DNA of 61,916 nt, filler included, from Sphacelaria rigidula (Eukaryota): NCBI GenBank assembly GCA_964200075.2. It is 7 parts of 7 records of this genome, joined end to end, with 100 filler letters (N's around TTAATTAATTAA, not from the genome) between each part and the next. Parts side by side here need not be neighbours in the genome. Positions count along the whole stretch, not along the records: positions 44,301 to 53,058 come from CAXNAA020010173.1; positions 53,159 to 61,916 come from CAXNAA020010174.1; 5 more parts are not named here. One strand, written 5' to 3'. Made by a program: the position numbers and the translations under genes. Below, in pieces: positions 51,201-61,916 of the stretch. How positions within the stretch are numbered: position 1 is the stretch's first letter; the number at the start of each line of letters is the position of its first letter. The notes beneath the pieces are model-generated. The model did no database searches, had not been told where the DNA came from, and was given only the letters and a program-made list of their open reading frames with translations.

Positions 51201-52909
51201 TCGCTCAACGACATTATTATGGTTAGTTTACCCGCTAGAGACGTAAGGAAGCGGACGGTACCTGAATGGTGAGCACCGTGCTGCCTCTCCGCCCAGACGA
51301 ACTCATCATACCACAGCCAAGATCGCACTACGAAGGTGCTGAAGACCGTTGCGGTCCTCTGACATACTTACGATGACTGCTGTTTACCGCGCTCAAGAAA
51401 TTCGGGCAGCCTACCTTGGAAATTGTTCACCCTATAGAGTGCCGAATTATCTGTGTGCCCGTGCAGTTGAGAAAGACACCATAATAGCCTCTCGAGTGTC
51501 AATTTGGCAGATTCAGGGAGGGCGAGCGGGGGGGCGGGTATTGCCGTATCTGCTCTCAATCACTACCTTTCATTCCAATTTTCAAATTGTTTGTTGTCTC
51601 AGGGAGGAACAGATTTGAAAACGGTTACAACGGGGTCGAATTTCGCCCGAAACCGTAATGTTTCGGTGATGTGGAGCTTTGGCGTCGTCTAATTTCCACT
51701 CATGATACGTACGAAAGACCCACGGAACCTCGAGACGATTTCCCTTTTATCTGTGGGAGAAAAGCTCAGACCATCCTCAAACTTGGCAATTCCGTAGGTA
51801 TTGATACTCCAAATGGGAAAAATGTATTCTGGGCAAGATTTCAAAGTTTCTCCGTTCTCTACCGGCTTCCGGGGGTCCCAGCATAAAGAACCCAGGAAAC
51901 CGGTACAAAATGCCCCAACACTAAATTTTTGACACCTTAGGGGTCAGGTGGTATCCCAAGGAACATGTGTACCAAATTTCGTTGCTCAAGTCGAAAACTG
52001 AATCAGCTGGATATTTTACCGTAAAAACAACCCCCCAAAAGGGCGATTCTGTACTTTAGTCAAGTGATTACAGACTTGTTTATACTTCAGCGCACGTTTT
52101 GGCATTTCCTCACGCCGTTTTTTCGAGTTAGACCACGAAAATTTGCACACATGTTCTGGAGGGTACTATGTAAAACTCGAAGACCGGGTGTTTTTCTTCA
52201 ATTTTTTCTGTTGGTGGCTTTACATCTAAGGTTGCGGTTGACCTACTTGACCGGGGAAAGGGTCAGATCCCGACTATCTCGACGCCAACAAAGAATAATA
52301 ATAATAATAAACAAAACAGTCTTCCAGTTTTAGATGGTGCCCTCAAATACATGTGTGCAAATTTTCATGGTCTAACTCGAAAAAATGGCATGAGGAAATC
52401 CCGGGGAATGAATTTTGGGCGTTTAATCTGAACCAGTTCGTATTACTAGCATAATAAAATACCTTACTAGCATAATAAGTAGAAGCCTATGTGTAATATA
52501 GGAGTCACGTGCTGCTTCGTGCCTTTCGATCACATGTTTCCGATGGCAAACGATTGTTTTATACTTCGTTGCATTCTTTTCCGTGCGCCGCTAATTATAA
52601 TTTTAGTTGAAGCCTTCAAGGAACACAAATGCGGTGGGCCTGTGACATCGGCACCACACTGGGATTGATTCGGCTACGTAGTTGTCTTTCATCGTCCAAC
52701 TCTCCCAAATGCCAACTAACCTTCACCAGGTGAAGCTGGCGGAAGCGCGTGACTTCGTCATGTCAGACGGTGGTTTACCCGGAGGTGGTGATCAAATATG
52801 CGACACGGCGAGCGTGTTCGAAGCCATTTGCCACAGACGCAAGCCTCACGTGCCAGCGAAATGGCCGGACACGCGCCGGCAACCTCCAACTAGTTTTGCC
52901 TACGCGTGA
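48220..52909 (+). pseudogene. Probable decayed multi-exon gene of unrecognised family
   Basis: Co-oriented protein-like ORF pieces with splice-like edges (GAG|gtgaga near 48558, cag|ATG at 49441, cag|GTG at 52730). ORFs 49441-49674 and 49675-50076 are one frame split by a single TAG. Confidence 0.4.
52100..52401. repeat. Inverted repeat, arms about 90 bp, spacer about 125 bp
   Basis: ATTTCCTCACGCCGTTTTTTCGAGTTAGACCACGAAAATTTGCACACATGT pairs with ACATGTGTGCAAATTTTCATGGTCTAACTCGAAAAAATGGCATGAGGAAAT. Confidence 0.85.
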
Positions 52910-54296
52910 ATCTGTAGGGATCTCGTGGAGGCGCCACGGCACTTGCTCCGTGGACGACCACAGCCTGCGGACGATAACGCCCGAGCAATCTGCGGCTTGT
53001 AGCCTCTGCCAGACGATCTGGACAAGAGGGCTATCCAGTGAGGGACTTCTCCATAATCNNNNNNNNNNNNNNNNNNNNNNNNNNNNNNNNNNNNNNNNNN
53101 NNTTAATTAATTAANNNNNNNNNNNNNNNNNNNNNNNNNNNNNNNNNNNNNNNNNNNNTTTCATCTGCGTCTATTTTGTTTTTCTTGTTTTTTTGCTAGC
53201 CTGTTCCCACGGAAGGCGTCCGCATCCGATGCCCAGTACGAATGTAGCGCGCAGATATCGGAACGGTTTTTTAATGTGAAGACAACAACAACAACAACAA
53301 CAAGTCCCAAAAGGGTTAGTAAGACATGGCCTCATGAAAAAACGCGAGGGTGATGTATTCCACTATAATATTATTCTAGGATGTTTTCCGACAGAAAGTG
53401 AGCGAAAAAATATTTGAAAGCCGGGCTGGGAAGTATTATATCCTGTCGGAGTCGATACTCGTTGTTTACCACCCACTTTATCGGCAAAACACCAGTTATT
53501 GCTCGAAACTACAAGACGTAGTAACACTATCGTGCTATACGCCTTTGTCTGTTTCCTTTTGTTTCTTATCACTTGTAACTCCTCCCCTCCCTTAGGACGA
53601 GTCCATGGTCTTAAGGGATGGACCCATCTCTCCTTCGGTATACGCCATACATGCAAGAGTCGTATCGCGGATTGGGTCGGCACTCCCTCCCGCACCACGT
53701 CGAATGTCGTCGAACACTCGACCAAGCAGACTAATTTTGCTACTCAAGTCTGCACGCTTTCAACGGCGGATATCAGATAGTTTTGACCAAACATGGACGC
53801 ATCTAGCAATAATCGAACCCGCGTTTTGATGTCGGCTCTACCATTGGACCGCCGGCGCGCGGCACTGTACAGGCAGGATGTTTCGTAGTTCCGTGCTCGC
53901 TGTACCTCCTACGGTGGAGGTACTGTACAGTACATTCATGTTGCCTGCGTCGTGTAATGAGTTCCAACGGAGAGACGCGCAAGAAGACGATATTCCCGCA
54001 TACATGCCAGGCACCCTTAGCAATAGGCAGAGCCAGAGCAACTGGCTAAGGTCCACCACAGCCGAGCGTTCAATTGCTGAGCTGAACAACATTTCGAAAG
54101 CACAGTACAGACGACAGTGCACTCAGTTTGAGTACAGTACAGACCGCACGACATAATGTATTAGTAAAACGGGACCACTATTTCGCGCCCACCCCCCCTC
54201 TGTACTCCAGCGCCGCAGCAAGACGAGCGCCAACATCTTTGAGCTTCATTTCTTCCGGAAGTGCAACGAACACAGTAACATACCCCTCCGTCTCAC

Positions 54297-54414
54297 CGAG
54301 GTTGGTCTTAAGCACATTTTGAAGACCTCTGGCCGCAGCCACGTTGACCATTAAAGCCTGCGTCTTGGACACAACCTCAGCATTGGGGTTCACAAATCGT
54401 GTCGGAGCTGCCAT
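54297..54414 (-). CDS. CCT6: T-complex protein 1 subunit zeta (CCT6), exon 1
   Basis: MAAPTRFVNPNAEVVSKTQALMVNVAAARGLQNVLKTNL(G) matches the CCT-zeta N-terminus (NPxAEV...ALxVNxxAAxGLQxVLxTNLG). Donor G|gtgaga at 54297/54296. Confidence 0.92.
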
Positions 54415-54795
54415 AGTGCCAAGCTTGACCCTTTCTCACCACCTCTTTCCCTCAAAACTCACGGCTTCGGCTGAAACCCCGAGTTTATCCTCTCGATCTC
54501 TGAATGAAAACTTCCTCCTCGCTCGAGCTTTGTTGCAGCTGGCCAATACTTCTGCAGATGCAACTAGCTCACACTCACCAAACAGAAAGGGCCTTGCTCA
54601 GGCAGCACCGCACGGTCGTCCGGTATAAATCGCACGAATACAGCCATTTTCTATGAAAATATGGAACATGACTTGATGTTCGAGCGTCGTATTTGAACGC
54701 CGTGATGCTTTCGGAATAATTGTCTTCGACCGAGTCTCATCAGTTTAAAATCAAGTAAAAAGGCGTCACCCCACAGGGCAGAGCTGCTGATTGCC

Positions 54796-57700
54796 ATGGA
54801 TAAAACAGCACGGCCGACGCGGGCTTTCGCCACCGTAGAACAAAGGCCCACCATCGCCATCCCCACAAACTCTGGGCCAGAAAGTTCAGCAGGAGGTCTG
54901 TTGCCACCATCTCCAAAGCTGCCGCCTCACGTGGAGAAAGCGGTAAACTTGGCCTGGGTGACTGGGCGACGTAAAGCTACGCGTAGCTCAAGCCCGAGGA
55001 AAGTGGTCGAGGCTCACCGCAACAGAGAAGGCATGTTTCTGGATGGCGAGGGATCCGGTGCATGGGACCTAGTGAGTTGGGTTAATAGTGTGCTTGGAAG
55101 TAATGGGCTTGGTACGCAGGTGGATGAAGACGGGGAGGCTTCAGTGTCGAGGACACTCCCACTGTTCAGGTGAGATGTGGAATGAGCTGAGATGTTGAAC
55201 GTCATGGTGTGCCGTGCTGCTCAGCGTCTTGCGTATCATGCGTGACGTCTGTTGGTGCTGATGACCATGTTCACGGTGGCGGCAAGTGCTGAGTCGGCCA
55301 GGCGTACAGGTGCAACTCGGTGTCTTTGAACACAGCGGTGTTCTTGTTCGAGTTCAAACGCCTACGGTTTCGTAGCCTATCTGCCGCACATACGTATATT
55401 TGACGACTTGTGGGTGCCCAATGCTCCATCCGACGATACCACCCAGCACACCGTACGGTATGATGCTTTCCGTGCGGGCGAGCTGATACCTTGATACGAG
55501 ATACGCAACGTGAGGAACTGTCACCCGTGCACAGAGAACACGAGGAAGAGGTGACGCCGTAGAACCTCCTCGAACTGTTAATGCGTGTCGCGACGCCCAA
55601 TTTAAACTCTTGTGTTGTACACGTAGTCAAATAATTCATGTATCCGTTGGGCTTAAAAGAAAGATCCTCTCTACGCGCACCCGCTGTCCTCCTTGTCGTG
55701 CATGTTGCGCTTCAGCGCGGAGAACCTGGATGTTGATCATCTGTGCCCTTTGGTGGACCATGTGCTGCGGAAGCTGCGAGCGTCAGAGAATTGGACTTGC
55801 CGTTGCGGACGAACAACGTACGTTTCGCCCAGCGCAGTTTACTCTGTGATGTAGAGGTGTTTTAGCTCTTTTGCATGTATGCACTGGCATCACGCTACTT
55901 GACAGCAATGATGCTCGAACGTCAAGTGCTGTGTCAACGTTCAACAGTCAGCTCTCAGCTCGCAAGTACTGTGTTTTTTTTTCCCATTTATTTGGGCCCT
56001 TCAGGAAACGAGGGTGCCTCTTGGAAAAATATCGCTGGATGCCCTAGACCGTTTGATCGCGGAGCAGTCCCTAGTTACAGTCCATGTATGCCAGTGCACG
56101 CACCACCTCGTGTAGTGACTTTGTATGCCGTTACTCCTACAGCAGTAATAAAGATCCCGAAATGTTCCTCCTTCATAGGACACTCCAGGCTGCAATTTCA
56201 TCACAGCATAACAGGATAAGGATTAGATATTACAAGTACGAGAGAAATGAAAAGAACCTAGCTTCAAATCAGTCTCGTCGGGGAGGTATCGGTGATCTCC
56301 GTAGGTGGACTCATATTACTTTCGGCAAATTTTTGGTTCGGAACATTTGCTTTTTCATAGGACACAACGCCTACTTACGTGATGAAAATGTGAATTTTGA
56401 TCGTCCGTGAAGCCCAATCCGCCAACCGTGCAGTGCAAGCAGCTTACGGTGCACTCTCACCCTCACTCCTGCTGATATTGCCCAGACAACATACTCTCTG
56501 GCCGTGATGTTTTTTTTGCAATCTTGATATCGTCGAGACCGTGCTGGCTCTCCTCGGGCGTGCTTTGATGTTGCAACAACTGTACTGTACTGTACTGCCG
56601 CCGCACGTGACCTGTGTCTCGACACCGATCAGGGGTTCTCCACCACTAACTCCTTAACATGTGCCCAACGTCCACGTGTTCATGAGAAAATAATAGTCTT
56701 GTCTTTCGAAAAAAACAGCTTTTCTGAAACCCAATATGTGCCATGGTTCATCTGAGGTCATCTGATGGTACAGACAGGGTCAATGTTCGTGTTTAACTGC
56801 ATCGATTAAATTTGTGTGTACTGACCGTACGGTACATGCGTGTGCCGTCTATACGACGCGAAACATACAAACGTGTTGGAAGTAGTGAAATGGAAGGCTA
56901 CCGTTTTTCACTATCTGTACGTATTGCCTGTTGGCGAAGCAGCTCTTCTCATGTTTCACGTATTTCTCGCCCCTCAGCCCCTCAACGTTTGCTTGAGAGC
57001 TCGAAACTGGAGTTCATTACCCGTGGCGACGACCTCACACGCCGGTCAAGTTTTTTTTGTTTTTTTTCAAGTAGGAGAGTCATCCTATGATAGGGGGAAG
57101 GGGGGGGAAGGAGGCGTTTTTGACTTCAGAGGGCTCATAGGTGTGTCGGACGACGCAACACATTCGCGGTGCGCTTGTATTTGGCTGTATCCCGTGTCAA
57201 TGGGTATGAATGAAAATTAGGGAACAAGCAAGCTCGAACAATCATGGTTGCTTTCAACGACAATTTGGAGTGAAATTTCGTGGAAAAAATGCCCCAAAAT
57301 CCCCCCTCCCCCCCACCGTAGCATGACTCAGGAGTGGGGGTACGCACACTCGTCATTTTGCTGCATGTATGCAACGGCTCCATTCGTGTGTTATCCACAG
57401 TACTCCATGGATGTCCTAGGAGGGTGTGGTGGTGTGGTTTTTTCAGGTGTTCGGCCGAGACTTCCGTCCCTGTGCTCAAAAATGACAATCACCGCCTATT
57501 TTCCATACCCCAAAATGAGGCACTGGTCGATATTCTCAAGTACAGTACGTGGATAGAGGAATGGGGATCTACTAGTTGAACGTAAGCACCAAATCCTCTG
57601 TATAACCATCCTTTGCCGAAGAAACATATTTCCTTCGGCGGAATTAAAGAGGCGACTGTGCTTCCCATTTTTTGTCCTCGTTGCGTTTTCTTCGATGTTT

Positions 57701-60700
57701 CGGTATTATATTTGGCGTGTAAGGATGGTGCGCAAGCATCAAAAGGGCCACTCCCATCTCTTCGCTCTTGGTGCCTGACTTAAAATTTTCCTGGAAAAAC
57801 ACATGATTAATCTAGGATTTTTTCACCGACGATCTGGGAGCAAAAACATCTCCCACTCGGCTACAGACCGCTGGACTGTCAGCGGGTGAAACTGTTCCGA
57901 GACCAATCTTGAAGTTTAACGGTCAACCTGAGTTTGCGAACAGCCATAATATGCGGGTTCTCTGGCGTCCCGTGAGTGAGTGGATAATGGTGCATATTAT
58001 CAAGCATCGACTGCTCACTCAAATGAGAGCGTGTTGCCAGTACGGATCATATCCAGCACATTCGGTAGAGTACAATGCGGGTGGTACAACATGTCCAATA
58101 TGCCGATCTATGTGCGGACCTGTCACCAATACACGTAGTTCCCGCGTACCTACCCCATGTGGGGGCAGCAGCGTCGTGTCTAGAGGGTGTTGAGTCGACG
58201 GTTGAAAGCAACCATGGCCAACAGTAATTCCGCCTGAGAAAGATATACCAGCCGGGTCTGTTGCCAGGATTGTACGAACGACGATGTAGCTGTAGCTGCT
58301 GTCGACTTGTACAAGCTGATGATCGTACGTAGCGGTGATAATGACGCCGTCGCGCCCCGGTGGTGTAATGGTCCGGCTGTCGCCACTAGGGTGGAGAGAA
58401 CAGGGGTTCGATTCCCGATGCGTTGGTTTTTTTCTTCGTAGCATCTGATTTCCACCGTGGAATGCGTGAGAACGTGAGTAAACAAAACAGTTGACTGAGT
58501 TTGTCCGACGTGAGTTGACGTTCGGTGCGGGAGTGCTGATCCAATCCGCGGGACCAAAACGCAAGGCGTGTACCGGGGGAGAGAAGATGAGTTGAATCCT
58601 GGAGATCACGGACTCGTCCCGAGGAAGGGGAAGCGTTCAAAGTGCGGCAGACAAATAATAAATCAAATAATAAAATAATATGACCCAAACCATTGCTACG
58701 GCCGGCTTGTCGGGACATCTAGGAGTATTAGACGAAGCTATTGCTGCGCCGATTGGTCGCGGCGTGGTCGTGATTCCCCCTATGTTCATCGCTCCTTCAT
58801 TGGTCGTAGTCTTCTTTATGGGTGTTGGTTTCGTGTCCGGTGATGGCAAACCCAAAAATCGGGATCTCAAAGGAGACCGGGAATCTTTGCGGTCGATTTC
58901 CACAACGACCTCAAGGTGCACACTTTCTGCTGCAGTCGATTTTCCCGGTGACATCTACGACGTCTTCGCTCCCGGAGACCTGGAGTGCTCGTCCCTGTGT
59001 CTACACGCCCTGTATGGCGCAGCGGCATCAGTTAAGCGGGCACGTTTTTTCCCGAAGAGTCCCGTTCGAGTTTGGTCGCTGGACGCTTGGTCTGTCCACC
59101 CGCTATCGATGTGGCACCAGGCGAGAAATGCGCAACTTACATGTGCCGACACCCAGCCAGGGGGACCTTCAGGTCAGGAAAGGGTAAATAAATGTGGGCA
59201 ATCCCAAAGCTATACCCTCGCGGCTGGTTTCTGTTCGCGAACATCGACGCCCAATGACAACAATGACAATGTAGCTTTGGATCATGGGGTTTGATTCACG
59301 ACTACTGATAAAGCGCCCATGTATTGGTTCATTTGAGGGATTCTTCGAGTAATGCTTGGTTGATATATTGTCGCACATTAACAGTACCTGATCCGCTAGG
59401 AGTCATGATCCAGCCGTGGTGACGAGATAAAGTCACTCTAAGGTAGCCGAGGAAGGGGGAGAATACATGAGCAAAAAAGAAGAAGCAAGAAATGAACAGA
59501 GTGAACCAAAAAATAAGACAACGAACATAAGAAAAGAAGGAAAAAGAGAACAATGAGTGAGAAGGAAGAGAATGGACGAGAGAGGAACGAATGACCATTC
59601 AGTAGTGTTCTCTTGTGTGTAAGGGCCCATAATTCGGTTGCATGGGATACAGTGTAGCTGTGCGGCGCAGCTTCACGTCTAGCACCGCTAGCATGGTTGA
59701 TTTTTTTCTCCCCTCTTCTTTTTCTTGTTTTTTTTCTTCGTCTTTGTTTACTTCGCTCGTTGCCTTTTGTTTTGTTTTTCTTGCAGGAACCCCCACCACG
59801 TAACACGCTGCGAATCTTGTTTCTTCAATCGAGATAGGGTCGAGCGCGTAGGCTACGGCCGCCGCCATCGGAGGACCAACGCGAGCAGCGCCCCCGGCGC
59901 GAGCAATAGCGATTGCGCTGTACCGGGCGGAGGGAGGGAGCTATGGAGCAAGCTGGCGGAGTTGCGAGACCTTCCTTCCCACGATTCGCTGGCTGCGTTC
60001 CCCGAGGGGTTGGGTAAGAGAGGGGGCAGATTATCCACGGCGAATCCGTGAACATCTACGGAATATCGATGGTTCAATGTCCCCTCTATTTTCTTCGTAG
60101 ATTGTTGTCGTTGTCAGCTACACAGAAACACCGGTCGCTCACCGGCCGCCCCGGTGGCTCAGGTGGTAACCTCGAAACCTTCTGACGGTTGGGTCGTGTG
60201 TTCAATTCTCGGAGAGATCTGGCATTTTTTCTTACACAATGCCCAACAGTTGAGAGCGACTATGTCGTGGGTACACAAAAATCGACTTAACGGTCGACGA
60301 GGAGGAGAGACTGCTGAAACCTACTCGCGATCAAGAGTCAAGGCAAGCACCGCAGAAGGAAGGCAGGGTACTAAAAACAAACGAAAAAGAAAAAGCTCCT
60401 GTGTGACCCCGGCTGATGCGCTCACATATACCGAAAGGTCTAGACCGGCGTCCAGAATAGATGGGACGACAACACACACAACACACAGAAGTCGAACATG
60501 TTCTTTCATCCCCAAGTTGTGCTGCAACGTTTTTTTTTTCATACATGGTATGTGTCCAAAGTATGGCGATTGGGCAAACTAGTCCTTCGCCTTCGGTCAC
60601 CATGTTCACCCTATCGACAGCACGTTGAAAGTGCACATTTTTCTGTGTGCATACCCCCCCAGTCCAGGAGAATATGCTTTGGTTGTGGTCTGCGAGTTGA

Positions 60701-61692
60701 GCGTACTCATTTGTTGCTTGCCTTAGTCGTTTGACCATTGACCACGCATCCCTTTCGAGACGGATCACCGTCTGCGAGTTGGGGGCGGATGATGCTTCTC
60801 TTGACTCTCTTTCGGTGTGACGGTGAACGATAGAGGGAACCGCGAGAACGGTTCATGAGAACACGTGTTATTTTAACCCGCAGCGCGGCTGACCGACCGG
60901 CAAGGGTGACACATTTCCTCACACCCCAAGTGAAATCAGGCGGAGGTCCAAGCTTTTACTATTGCCCTGTTCACCTCAGGAGCAGTCCGTCTGGGCTTGG
61001 CGTGGCGTCTGCACTTTGAGTACATTCCAGTGTGTCTGTTGACATCTGTGAGGAGTGCTGCACGTGGCGAGCATCTAGAGCTCACCACGGTGAAAGTCAG
61101 CCAATAGCGCTTCCTCCGCCCCCTTTTCTCCCCTCCCCCCTCCGGGGTGCTCCGTCTCGAAAGGGATGCGTGGTCAATGGTCAAATGACTAAGGCAAGCA
61201 ACAAATGAGTACGCCCCCCCCCTCCCCCGCGGGTTCGCGGCGTACGGAGTGTGAATTTTCTCAATTTCACACACGGCACTTGCGCGCTTTGGCACGGTGT
61301 GCATTCCTATTTCACTACGATATTGAGGTACTTCGTGTTCCAGTGCCCTGCTCGACCGCCAGAGGGAAACAAACCTGTTTTGTGGCGCGTGTGCGCGTAG
61401 TTTCGCCACCCTCACCAGTTTTGGTATTTGCACCGAAACACTGTTCTACCATCACCATCACCCGCTCACGTTGTCCGTTTTGTCGGAGGCTCCCCCTAGT
61501 TGACCCCGTCACCGTACCACCATCCACTTCAAATCCGTGTTCGTGCTGGCTGCAGACCGCAACACGATGGCCTCCTTGTCCGAAGCGGGGTCGCCCTTGC
61601 GAGGGCGCCTGGCACGCTTCCTCATGGAATGCGACCAGGCTCTCACGATGCGAAGTATGGGCCACCGGAATCCGCTCTACCAACGATACCCG
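54796..61692 (+). CDS. Multi-exon gene of unknown function, possible RanBP2-like zinc finger; candidate exons 54796-55169, 55716-55817, (56005-56085, 58936-59011), 59787-60013, 61556-61692
   Basis: Canonical GT-AG boundaries. Joins 55169>55716, 55817>59787 (or 59011>59787) and 60013>61556 are phase-compatible and open. Exon 59787 begins NPHHVTRCESC (N-x6-C-x2-C). The central exon structure is ambiguous and the 3' end is missing. Confidence 0.6.
58349..58680 (+). mobile_element. tRNA-derived SINE (family 2); diverged copy near 1310-1690
   Basis: A box TGGTGTAATGG and B box GGTTCGATTCC (58405-58415). Body blocks GGTGCGGGAGTGCTGATCCAA and CGGACTCGTCCCGAGGAAG recur at about 1441 and 1658. (AATA)n-like tail. 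Confidence 0.7.
60128..60487 (+). mobile_element. Full-length tRNA-derived SINE (family 1)
   Basis: Head GCCCCGGTGGCTCAGGTGGTA (A box) ... GTTCAATTC (B-box-like), ~350 bp, (AC)-rich tail, candidate TSD ACACAGAA at 60120-60127 and 60483-60490. Confidence 0.85.
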
Positions 61693-61916
61693 GTGAACCA
61701 TACGCTTATTACATGCCACCGTTCCGCACAGAGGTTGTTCATAAGTGCCTGATAAGAAGCGTGACTGATTTTGTGCGTGTATATTACTCTTCTTTTCCTT
61801 CTTTTTTGTTTTAGGCCGGCCACTTCTTTCTGTGCTTTGCTTGTGTTTACTTTTTTTATTGCTTTTTTTTTGTCACGACTTAGGCCGCTTCTTATAATAG
61901 ACAAAAATAACCCCCC

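Noticed and set aside
8762-53158. Regular ~8.86-kb periodic TTAATTAATTAA motif, and any gene-neighbourhood 'system' spanning it
   Set aside because: These are artificial spacers between size-sorted contigs, so adjacency across them has no biological meaning.
58353-58425. Possible tRNA genes here and at about 60147-60215
   Set aside because: A and B boxes are present but I cannot form a complete cloverleaf, and both continue into dispersed repeat bodies. They are treated as SINE heads.

Overview
Eukaryotic, intron-rich genomic DNA, most likely from a brown alga. This assignment is an inference from long GT-AG introns, 72-bp phase-1 LRR exons, and dense SINE/LINE/MITE/Copia content. The window is not one locus. 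It is seven unrelated contigs of about 8.76 kb in descending length order (1-8761, 8862-17621, 17722-26481, 26582-35341, 35442-44200, 44301-53058, 53159-61916), joined by artificial 100-bp N/TTAATTAATTAA/N spacers. Recognisable gene pieces are an F-box-containing exon, two exons of an LRMDA-like LRR/LRRcap protein, three 72-bp LRR exons (two of them inside a recent 2-kb duplication), the last four exons of a Rab GDI, and exon 1 of CCT6 head-to-head with a multi-exon gene carrying a possible RanBP2-like zinc finger. Mobile DNA includes two decayed Ty1/copia elements, LINE 3' remnants, two tRNA-headed SINE families, and hAT-, Tc1/mariner- and piggyBac-type MITEs. The most unusual signals are a tandem PTAP/PPxY late-domain-like array between Gag and protease of one Copia, two retroposon families sharing a structured 3' end that usually runs into poly-C, the LRR-exon cassette duplication, and a ~450-bp foldback. 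All calls were made by eye, with no database searches.
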